Shown: positions 1 to 9,500 of the stretch, piece by piece
Layout: every line of letters starts with the position of its first letter
Position numbering within the stretch: the first letter of the stretch is position 1
Notes under the pieces: generated by a model
What the model saw: the letters and a program-made list of their open reading frames with translations, nothing else
What the model was told of the DNA's origin: nothing
The model's database searches: none
IMG/VR virus record: IMGVR_UViG_3300017914_002796
Coordinates: 1 to 25,871 of that record
Direction: 5' to 3' (one strand)
Source: a virus
Lineage: Duplodnaviria; Caudoviricetes
Length of the DNA stretch: 25,871 nucleotides
Made by a program: the position numbers and the translations under genes

Positions 1-2
1 AC

Positions 3-74
3 CTTTCGGTAGAGTATTATCAGAAAGGTTCTCCAAGACCTCAAGATCTTGAAACAAAAATCATTAAAGTATAA
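3..74 (+). CDS. 3' end of a hypothetical protein (truncated by window start)
   Basis: Open frame ...LSVEYYQKGSPRPQDLETKIIKV ends in TAA at 72-74, directly abutting the AAGGAG RBS of the next gene; not in the ORF track. Confidence 0.6.
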   Translation, partial: LSVEYYQKGSPRPQDLETKIIKV

Positions 75-82
75 GGAGTATT

Positions 83-232
83 ATGGCAGTTCGTTCTAAG
101 GTTGGTTTGATTCGTGATGGATTTGTGCCTGGTAAGCCTAAAAAGTCTCGTCAAGGATCTGGTAAGAACACGAAATATGCCGCTACGTCTCGTAATGGAA
201 AACGTAAGGCTTATAGGGGTCAAGGACGTTAA
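83..232 (+). CDS. Small, highly basic 49-aa hypothetical protein (cyanomyophage-type)
   Basis: AAGGAG at 73-78, ATG at 83, TAA at 230-232; MAVRSKVGLIRDGFVPGKPKKSRQGSGKNTKYAATSRNGKRKAYRGQGR. The PKKSRQG...KYAATSRN...YRGQG pattern resembles a small protein I recall from T4-like cyanophages. Missed by the ORF track. Confidence 0.85.
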   Translation: MAVRSKVGLIRDGFVPGKPKKSRQGSGKNTKYAATSRNGKRKAYRGQGR

Positions 233-233
233 A

Positions 234-335
234 ATGGCACGTTGGATACATAAAAATGGTAAGTCAAAACCTGACAAACGATGTAAAGGTATTTTGACAC
301 CTAAAAAATCCGCAAAACGTAAAAAGAAAAAATGA
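234..335 (+). CDS. 33-aa lysine-rich peptide
   Basis: ATG 1 nt after the previous stop; MARWIHKNGKSKPDKRCKGILTPKKSAKRKKKK; its TGA overlaps the next ATG (ATGA at 332-335). It exactly fills the gap and is the 3' part of the track ORF 114..335. Confidence 0.55.
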   Translation: MARWIHKNGKSKPDKRCKGILTPKKSAKRKKKK

Positions 336-1009
336 GTTGTTTAATAGCAAATCTTCCTTCTCAAGAAGTATGGGTTCGTAAAGAATATCTTACAGATCAT
401 CAAAGTGGACATGGAGAATTTGTAAAGGGCGTCTGGGTATCGATCAAATCGATTCCTGGACGTGCTTTTTATTTTGAGACTTATTTACCAGAATATGCGG
501 CAATGTATGATAAATTGCCCATCAGCGCCTTTGTCTCGGACCCTGAAACCCCATCACCAGACATGAGCCTACCAAACCTTCAGTTTTGGAATTGCATGGA
601 CTACGGAGTTGTCTCGGTGGATAAGAAATTTATCGGATCAATGGATTTTGAGTGCTATACAAGAGATCATGGTAATGTGAAAGGCACTTATATTTGCACA
701 ATTGACAATTATCATCATGATCCTGACTATGTTGATTGGGCAACAAGTGAAAATCCTGCAGAACACAAGTCACATAATCTAATTGAACTTGAAAATGGCC
801 AATATGCACTATATCCAAATAACAGATTACGCATTTATGACAATAGTCTCACACCTGTAGAACCAAAAATGCCAGATTTTAAGGTTTCAACTCAATATTA
901 TCAAGTTGAAAATGGAAATGATCGTCTTGGAATGGGTCGTGAGGATGAATATTTCTGGAAAACGGCAAAGGAACGTTATCTTTTAGTTGAAGAAGACGAA
1001 AATAAATAA
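332..1009 (+). CDS. Conserved phage hypothetical protein, 225 aa
   Basis: Long ORF with ATGA coupling; aromatic-rich, with motifs LQFWNCMDY, EHKSHN and YALYPNNRL that I recall from a conserved T4-like cyanophage hypothetical near gp25. Function unknown. Confidence 0.85.
   Translation: MSCLIANLPSQEVWVRKEYLTDHQSGHGEFVKGVWVSIKSIPGRAFYFETYLPEYAAMYDKLPISAFVSDPETPSPDMSLPNLQFWNCMDYGVVSVDKKFIGSMDFECYTRDHGNVKGTYICTIDNYHHDPDYVDWATSENPAEHKSHNLIELENGQYALYPNNRLRIYDNSLTPVEPKMPDFKVSTQYYQVENGNDRLGMGREDEYFWKTAKERYLLVEEDENK
1001..1008 (+). promoter_or_regulatory. Putative late promoter variant AATAAATA overlapping the stop of the 225-aa gene
   Basis: Matches the relaxed NATAAATA late consensus, 7 nt upstream of the structured leader at 1015. 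Confidence 0.5.
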
Positions 1010-1014
1010 AAAAT

Positions 1015-1059
1015 AGGGATAGTAACCCCTTAAAAAGTTCTGATTTTAACAATCAGGAG
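1015..1059 (+). promoter_or_regulatory. Putative structured 5' leader: two hairpins, the second sequestering the RBS
   Basis: AGGG(1015-18)/CCCT(1027-30) with loop ATAGTAAC; TTCTGATT(1038-45)/AATCAGGA(1051-58), an 8-bp stem with one G-U pair covering most of AGGAG (1055-59). Confidence 0.5.
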
Positions 1060-1064
1060 AAAAA

Positions 1065-1241
1065 ATGGGCAATTCACCTGTCGATAGAGACAAAAAATTT
1101 ATGAGAGAAGTATGGGGGACTACAAGTTTGACATCTGATTATTGGTCTCTTCCACATACAACTAATGATCCTGAAGAAAGGGTTATTCAAGAAATCATGC
1201 ATGATGATTTAAAAAAAGGTCAGAAAAATCTTCAAGAATAA
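1065..1241 (+). CDS. 58-aa hypothetical protein
   Basis: AGGAG at 1055-59, ATG at 1065, TAA at 1239-41; MGNSPVDRDKKFMREVWGTTSLTSDYWSLPHTTNDPEERVIQEIMHDDLKKGQKNLQE. Fills the gap between neighbouring genes; missed by the ORF track. Confidence 0.8.
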   Translation: MGNSPVDRDKKFMREVWGTTSLTSDYWSLPHTTNDPEERVIQEIMHDDLKKGQKNLQE

Positions 1242-1243
1242 GA

Positions 1244-1251
1244 TATAAATA
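1244..1251 (+). promoter_or_regulatory. T4-type late promoter (gp55 sigma) TATAAATA
   Basis: Perfect consensus, intergenic, 28 nt before the gp25 start. Confidence 0.85.
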
Positions 1252-1279
1252 AAATCAAGAAAACTCTTTAATATTAAAA

Positions 1280-1675
1280 ATGGAGAGGATATCGAGAGGG
1301 TTTAAGGATATAAGTTTATCTTTTGACCCTCATCCTGTAACTAAAGATGTTCAAGTTTTAAGAAATGAATCTGCAATACGCAGATCTGTAAGAAATATTG
1401 TACAAACAATTCCTACAGAAAAATTTTTTAATTCAATCTTTGGGTCTAATGTTCGAAATTATTTGTTTGATTTTATTGACTTTGGTTCTGCATCATTGAT
1501 TGCAGATGAAATTGAAATATCTATCAATAATTTTGAACCAAGGGTAGATAATCTTCAAGTAATTGTAGATCCCAATCCCGATCAAAATGCATTCAATGTC
1601 AATATAATTTACGATATTGTTGGTCAAGAGTTTCCTACACAAGAATATTCATTCCTATTAGAGGCAACCAGATAA
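1280..1675 (+). CDS. gp25: Baseplate wedge subunit / sheath initiator, gp25 family
   Basis: 131 aa; FKDISLSF, AIRRSVRNIVQTIPTEKFFNSIFGS and INNFEPRV are GPW/gp25 signature segments; lies upstream of gp6. Confidence 0.93.
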   Translation: MERISRGFKDISLSFDPHPVTKDVQVLRNESAIRRSVRNIVQTIPTEKFFNSIFGSNVRNYLFDFIDFGSASLIADEIEISINNFEPRVDNLQVIVDPNPDQNAFNVNIIYDIVGQEFPTQEYSFLLEATR

Positions 1676-1676
1676 A

Positions 1677-3587
1677 ATGCCTTTTACAAAATTCACAAAT
1701 TTAGACTTTGATCAGATAAAAGAATCCATTAAGGATTATCTTCGTGCTAATTCCAATTTCACAGGATTTGACTTTGAAGGATCTAACTTTTCAGTTTTAA
1801 TTGATACTTTAGCATATAATACTTATATAACAGCATTCAATTCTAATATGATTGTAAATGAGTCTTTTTTAGACTCTGCAACTCTTAGAGAAAATGTTGT
1901 TTCTTTAGCAAGAAATATTGGATATGTTCCAAGGTCTAGAAACTCGGCAAAATCTACAATATCTTTTTCAGTTACGGTAGAAGGGACAACTACTCAGCAA
2001 CTTTCACTGCAAAAAGGTCTTGTATGTACAGGAATTGTAGAAAATACATCATATTTGTTTTCAATCGTAGAGGATATTACAGTTCAGACTGAAGATATAA
2101 GTTTTGTGAATGCAGAGGGAAATAATGTTAATGCTGTAAGGGCAGATTTTAATAATATTGAGGTTCTTCAGGGAACATTTTTAACTAAACAATTTGTTTA
2201 TGATGGATCATTAGATCAAAGATTTATTTTAGATAATTCTTTTATTGATACTTCATCAATAAGAGTTTATATTGATGAAGTAGAATATGAATTAGTCGAT
2301 AATATTGTAAATGTGACCGGCGAATCTACTATATTTTTAATTCAAGAGATACAAGATGAAAAATATGAATTATTATTTGGTGATGGATTGATTGGAAAAA
2401 AACTTCAAAATGGAGATGTAATCACAGTCAATTATTTGGTAACAGATGGTGAGGAAGGAAATGGTGCAGCATTCTTTTCATTTTCGGGAAGAATAATTGA
2501 TAGTAATGGTAACCCGGTACTTCCAGAACCATTTAATTTAACCACAGTATCTTCATCGCAAAATGGGTCTAGTGTTGAAAAGATTGATTCTATCAAATAT
2601 TTTGCGCCAAAAATATATTCTGCACAAAATAGAGCAGTGACTGGACAAGACTATGAAGCTATTATTAAAGAAATCTATCCGGATACAGAATCAGTTTCAA
2701 TTGTCGGAGGAGAGGAATTAGATCCTCCAGAATTTGGCACGGTTCAAATATCAATTAAACCAAAGAGTGGTAATTTTATTACAGAATTCAATAAGTCAAG
2801 AATACTTTCACAAATTAAAAATTATTCCGTTTCTGGAATTAAACAAACCATAGTTGATTTAAAAATTTTATATGTAGAATTGGATTCGTTTGTTTACTAT
2901 GATGATTCAAAAATATCTACTCCACAAACACTGAAAACTAAAATATTTAATACTCTCAGTAGTTATGCAAATTCTTTAGAATTGAATAAATTTGGAGGTA
3001 GATTTAAATATAGTAAAATACTGAGGGCAATTGATGATACTGATGTTTCTATTACATCTAATATCACTAGAGTAAAAATTAGAAGAAACTTAAACGTCCT
3101 TTTGAATCAATTTACACAATATGAACTCTGTTTTGGAAATCAATTTCATGTAAATGATTCTGGATTTAATATTAAATCAACAGGATTTACTGTTGCTGGA
3201 GAAGATGGTATTGTATATTTAACTGATGTTCCAAATCCAGATAGAAAAACTGGACTAATTTCTGTTGTTAAAAATTTACCAGAAGGAAAAATCAGAGTTA
3301 TTTCAAAATCTGCAGGAACAGTGGATTATATGAAAGGTGAAATTAACATTGGAACCATAAATGTTACCTCCACAGAAAAACCAAATAATGTTGTGGAAGT
3401 CCAAGCTATACCAGAATCTAATGATGTTATTGGATTGCGCGATATTTTCTTAAAATTAGACATCTCTAATAGTGAAATAAATATGTTAAAAGATGTTATT
3501 TCCTCGGGTGAAGAAATATCAGGAACAGTGTTTAGAAGAAGTTTCTATACATCAAGTTATTCAAACGGAAAATTAATCAGAGAGTAA
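1677..3587 (+). CDS. gp6: Baseplate wedge subunit gp6
   Basis: 636 aa; LDFDQIK, FDFEGS, LAYNTY, ESFLDSA.LRENVVSLARNIGYVP, YELLFGDG, AQNRAVT..DY and FGTVQISIKP are T4 gp6 / baseplate J-like motifs. Confidence 0.95.
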   Translation: MPFTKFTNLDFDQIKESIKDYLRANSNFTGFDFEGSNFSVLIDTLAYNTYITAFNSNMIVNESFLDSATLRENVVSLARNIGYVPRSRNSAKSTISFSVTVEGTTTQQLSLQKGLVCTGIVENTSYLFSIVEDITVQTEDISFVNAEGNNVNAVRADFNNIEVLQGTFLTKQFVYDGSLDQRFILDNSFIDTSSIRVYIDEVEYELVDNIVNVTGESTIFLIQEIQDEKYELLFGDGLIGKKLQNGDVITVNYLVTDGEEGNGAAFFSFSGRIIDSNGNPVLPEPFNLTTVSSSQNGSSVEKIDSIKYFAPKIYSAQNRAVTGQDYEAIIKEIYPDTESVSIVGGEELDPPEFGTVQISIKPKSGNFITEFNKSRILSQIKNYSVSGIKQTIVDLKILYVELDSFVYYDDSKISTPQTLKTKIFNTLSSYANSLELNKFGGRFKYSKILRAIDDTDVSITSNITRVKIRRNLNVLLNQFTQYELCFGNQFHVNDSGFNIKSTGFTVAGEDGIVYLTDVPNPDRKTGLISVVKNLPEGKIRVISKSAGTVDYMKGEINIGTINVTSTEKPNNVVEVQAIPESNDVIGLRDIFLKLDISNSEINMLKDVISSGEEISGTVFRRSFYTSSYSNGKLIRE

Positions 3588-3588
3588 T

Positions 3589-6500
3589 ATGATACGTACT
3601 GGATTTGAACCCAAAGTAAAAATTCAAGATATAATTTCAAATCAACTTCCAGAATTTATTTTGGATGAAAGTCCAAAAACTCTTGATTTTTTAAAGCAGT
3701 ATTACATATCTCAAGAATATCAAGGCGGACCAGTAGATATTGCAGAAAATTTAGATCAATATTTGAAATTAGACAATTTAAAACCGGAAGTTATTGTTGA
3801 TAATGTAAATCTAGAATCTTCTATTGGGGAAGATAACGATACTATCATTGTATCAAGTACTAAAGGATTCCCAACAAAGTATGGATTACTTAAAATTGAT
3901 AATGAGATCATCACATATACTGGAATTACAACAAATAGTTTTATAGGTTGTATACGTGGTTTTAGTGGAATAACAAATTATCATCAAGATTTGAATAAAG
4001 AGGAATTGGTATTTGAAAAATCCAATAAAACTTCTCATACTGAAAATTCCAAAGTAATAAATTTGAGTTCTTTATTTCTAAGAGAATTCTTTAAGAAATT
4101 AAAGTTTACTTTTGCTCCTGGATTTGAAGATAGAAAGTTTGATGATAGGATTGATGTAGGAAATTTTATTAAAGAAATAAAATCTCTCTATTCATCAAAA
4201 GGGACTAATGAATCATTTAGAATTTTATTTAATGTACTTTTTGGAGAAACTCCATCAATTATTAATCTAGAGGACTACTTACTGAAATCTTCTAATGCAA
4301 ACTATGTTAGATCCGATGTTGCAATTTTAGAGGCTATCTCTGATGGCAATCCTACAAATCTGAAAGGTCAAACATTATTTAAAAATAATGATTCTTCAAT
4401 TTTTGCCGCAATTTCTTCTATAAATCCGTTTACTAGAAGTCAAAAATTATACTATAAAGTATCTCTTTTTGTTGGATCAAATGATGGACTTACCGCAAAA
4501 GAAACTTTTGATATAACTCAAAGTACAAAATCACTAGAAGATGTAAATGTAGGTGATTCTGTAATTAGTGTAGACTCTACTATTGGATTTCCAGAGTCTG
4601 GAAATATTTACTCCGGATCTAATAAAATAACCTACACTAACAAGAGTATTAATCAATTTTTTGGGTGTTCTGGTATAGAAAGTAAAATTTCTTCTACTGA
4701 TAACATTTATTCTGATAATACTTATTTTGCTTTTGAAAATGGAGATCCTTTGAAAAGGATTAATTTTAGATTAACCGGAGTCATTTCAGAATTCAATCAA
4801 GATTCTGATAACATCATTGTATCCGAAAATCAAAAAATATCTATAAAAAGTGTTGGTGATAATATTGAAAATCCAGAAAATAATAAAAGTTATAAACAAA
4901 TTTTCACAAACTCATGGATTTATAATACAAGTTCTTCAATTGATATTGAATCTATATCAGGATCCAATGTAGTTTTAAAAAATTCTGTAGATAGATCACA
5001 ATTAAAGAAAAATGATTTAGTCGAAATCGTAGATAAGAGTACAAATATAGTTGTATATCCAACTTCAACCTCGGATATACCTTTTGTTAGTCAGAGAATT
5101 TCTCCCGGATCAAAACAAATATTTTTGGGAGGAAGTGATTTTACCGGAACTGGAATTTATAAGTTAAGAAGAAAAGTCAATAAGGGATACAGTAATACTA
5201 TCAACTTTTTAAATGGAAATAATTCCGAAATAACTGACGTTCAAAATTTATATATTCAAGACGAAAACTTTGCATATGTTGCATCTAATTCTTTACCTTC
5301 AAGCAGATCCACCGGAATATCCACAAATTTTTTATATAATTTAAATCCTGAACTGACTGAACAGAGTATTTCTTCCAATTCGGGATTTATATCGGATAAA
5401 GATATAAACACCGATGCATACACTACAATATCTTTTGAGGATTCGGTTAAATTTGTAACTGGTGATAGAGTATTTTATGAATTTTCAGATAAAAAATTAT
5501 TTAATTTGGATAATACTGATTACTATGTAAAAGTAATCGATAACAACTCTATAAAATTATTTGAATCTATAAGTACGATAGATGATGATAAATTTGCTGT
5601 CAAGTTTTACTCGGATAATTATCCAGAATCTAATACAGGAGAAATTTCAGGTTCCCATACATTTACATTATTTTCTCAAAGTAATAAAAAATTATCCGGG
5701 TCAAAGATTCTTAGAAAATTTCCAATTCCAGCAAATATAAAAAATGGAAATTCTACAGATACCATTTCAGATTTTCCTGTAGGAATGCTTATAAATGGTG
5801 TGGAAATATCAAATTATAAATCAGAAGATAAGATATACTTTGGGCCTCTAGAAGAGATTAGAGTTCTAAATGGTGGAAAAAATTATGATGTCATCAATTT
5901 ACCTAAATTAAAGGTGCAAGGTGGATCTGAAGAAGCCTTAGCAATTCCAGTTATTACAGGAACAATAACAGATATTAATGTAACTCCTCAAGAATTTGAC
6001 ATTGAACAGATTACAAGTATTGATATTGAAGGTGGCAATTCAAAAGGAGGAGTATTACAACCAATATTAGTAAAAAGAAGAAGAGAAATTTTATTTGATG
6101 CAAGAAAATCTGCACAAGGTGGTGGTATTGATGTATCAACTAATCAATTAACATTTTTAGAGGATCATAATTTATTCAATGGCCAAGAAGTAATTTATTT
6201 TAATAATGGGAATAATAATATTAGCATTGGTCTGGGATCATCTACTCTCATAAACAATAGTTCTTATTTTGTGTCGGTAGATAATAGCACAACTATTCAA
6301 TTACACGAAACTTTTGAAGATGCAATAAATGATGCAAATCCAATAGGATTTGGTGGAACTTCTTTTACCGGAAATCAAAAATTTAAAACTGCCGACTTTA
6401 AAGATACTCTCACTGAAGTTAGAGTTATCGATGGAGGATCATTTACAAATAGACAATTATATGTAAATACCTCAGGAATATCTACTGCAAAAAATACAAT

Positions 6501-9500
6501 TAACTTTAAAGATCATGGATTTTCCACTGGAGAAATTGTTGAATACTTTACCGATTCTGGAAGTGATACAATATCTGGTCTTTCTACGTCAAACCGGTAT
6601 TATATTGTAACAAATGATAAAGATTCTTTCCAGTTGTGTGATGCTGGTATAGGAAATACAATATCATCCAACTTCGAGAGAAGAAATATTGTCAAATTAT
6701 CATCGACAGGATCTGGATATCAAAAATTCAAATATCCAGATGTTAAGATAACCGTAAATTTATCACCAGTAGGATCTGCAGTTACAGTAACAAAATCTGT
6801 ACAAGTTTCTCCGGTTATAAAAGGATCTATAGAACAAATTTATGTTTACAATAAAGGTCTTGGATATGGATCAAAAACACTAAATTTCGAAAGATCTCCA
6901 AAAATATCTCTACAAAATGGAAGAGAAGCAAGTATTACACCAAATATTGTTGCAGGACTTTTACTATCTGTTAATATTGAATTTGGAGGATTTGAGTATT
7001 TTTCTGAACCAGACTTGGAATTGTTCGATCCCAATGGAAAAGGATCTGGTGCCAAATTAAAAGCAAATATTTCCGGAGGAAAAATTTCTTCAGTCACTAT
7101 AATTAACAAAGGATCAAATTATTCATCTAATAGTAAAATTATTATAAGACCTAGAGGATTGAATGCTGTATACGAAGGAAAAATTAGATCTTTAACTGCA
7201 AATTCTTTGCAAAAAAGATCTGGTCTATATTATCAATTAAAAAATAAAGATCAAGGTCTTCAATTTACATTTAATGGTTACTCAAATATTTTAAGAGACT
7301 CTTTTGGAGAGGTTTCTACTGTGAATTCCGGTATTATTGGATGGGCTTATGATGGAAATCCAATATATGGTCCGTATGGATTATCAGACCCTGCGGATAT
7401 AACTTCATCTACCAAGACATTAGTTTCTGGATATGTTGTAGATACTTCAAAAGTTTTAGATAGACCCTCTGGGTTTGTTGATGGATTTTTTGTTGAAGAT
7501 TATCATTATAATGATTCAGGAGATCTAGATGAACATAATGGAAGATTTGAAAAAACTGAAGAATTTCCAAATGGAGTTTATGCTTATCATGCTACTATAA
7601 ATTCAATTACAGGAAATCCAGAATTTCCATATTTTATAGGAAACTCTTTCAGGTCTCAATTAATAACCGAAAATAATTTCTTAGATCAAACATTTGAATT
7701 TGAAAAATTCAATTTAATTAGAAATACTTTTCCATATAAGATTACTGAAAAATTTTCTGGATATGACTTTTTAACAGAATCTAGAGAAATTTCCAATCAA
7801 GAAATAAGAATAACTTCAATTTCTAAGGGTAGTATTGATAAAATTAATATTGTGAATCCGGGAGAAAACTATAAAGTTGGTGACAAATTGAAATTTAAAA
7901 ATCAAACTTTTGGTGGTGGAGTTCAATCTGAAGTATCTTCAATTAAAGGGAAAGAAATTTCTAATATAACAACATCCTCAGAAACTTTTGAAGACGCAAT
8001 TTTTGTGTGGAACTCAAATAAAGTTAGAGTTCATACATCATTACCAAATACTTTTAAAAATGGAGATTATGTAAATGTTTCCGGATTTACAACTTCTATA
8101 TTATCTAAATTAAATGGATTTTCATTGATTTCCGTCAAAGAAATTCCAAATGTTGCTATCACAACAGAAATAACTGCAAGTGGAATTTCTACTGACATTT
8201 ACGTTACTAATATTCCAAACAATGTATCTTCCGGATCTAGCATAACCATTGGAAATGAGAATCTTTCTATACTTAATGTATATTCCGAGAAGAATATACT
8301 TAGAGTAAAACGAGGAAATGTAGGATCAGTTCATACAGTAGGGACTGCAGTCACATTTAAAAACTATATATTTGATATTGAAAAATCTATTCCATATTTT
8401 GATTCAAATAAAAACATTAAGGTTTATTTCAATCCCAAAGAATCTGTAGGTCTTGGTACTGTACCAGGAAAATTCACCGATCTTCAGTTTAATATTGGAG
8501 AAGAAGCAATAAAATTGAGTGTTCCATCACAATCAATTTTCTTAAAAGATCATCCATTCAAAAATAACCAAAAAGTAAAGTTTGAAAGAGGAATTAATGA
8601 CAATATTCAAGTAAAACTTACTCCTACCAGTACAACTATTAATCTGGATCCAGATCTTTATATAGTAAATAAATCTAAAGATACTATTGGACTTAAAACT
8701 TCTTTAAATTCAACAGAAGTTTATTTTTTAACCAATGGAGAGAATTCTGATGAATATTTAATTGAAAGTGTTTTTGATGAAAAAACTGCAAAAGTTACAA
8801 AGAATAAATCTACGGTATCAATATCAACATATCATGGATTAAAGAGTGGAGATGTTATTGATTTAAATGTAAATCCATCTCTTTCTGTTGGTATCGGAAC
8901 TTCTACTAAAGTAAATGTTTTATATAATAATTACACCGAAAATATAATTATTGATCCCGTTAAGATTAACACATCTGGTATCAATACCTCTTTAAATGAA
9001 ATTACAATTTCCAATCATACATTTAGAACTGGAGATAAAGTAATATATGAAAATGCCTCATATATTTCACCAAATGTTCCTGTTGACAATAATACATACT
9101 TCGTGTATGTGAAAGATAGTAATACAATTAAATTGTGCGAGACTTTAATTGACTCACGCAATAATCCACCAAAAGAGGTTGGTATTACTTCTGTAGGCAA
9201 TTCAAATCAAACAATATCATTAATTAATCCACAAATTAACGTTGTAAAAAATAACAACTTAGTGTTTGACTTATCAGATAGCTCTTTATCTGGATATAAA
9301 TTTAAAGTTTTTTACGATAGAGATTTTTTAAATGATTTTGTTTCTACAGGATCCACAGATTCTTTTGTAACAGTAGAATCTGGAACTCCCGGAAGTTCTG
9401 GATCTAAATTTACAATTAATTACAATTCAAATTTTCCTCAAAAAATTTATTATTCACTTGAAAAATCTGGATATATTAGTACTGCTGATAAAGAAGTAGA

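Noticed and set aside
114-335. 73-aa ORF from the track starting at 114
   Set aside because: Its 5' part overlaps the better-supported 49-aa ORF (83-232, strong RBS) in another frame; the ATG at 234 is the more plausible start.
41-818. Minus-strand ORFs 41..277 and 630..818
   Set aside because: Antisense to well-supported + strand genes, with no RBS or recognisable motifs.
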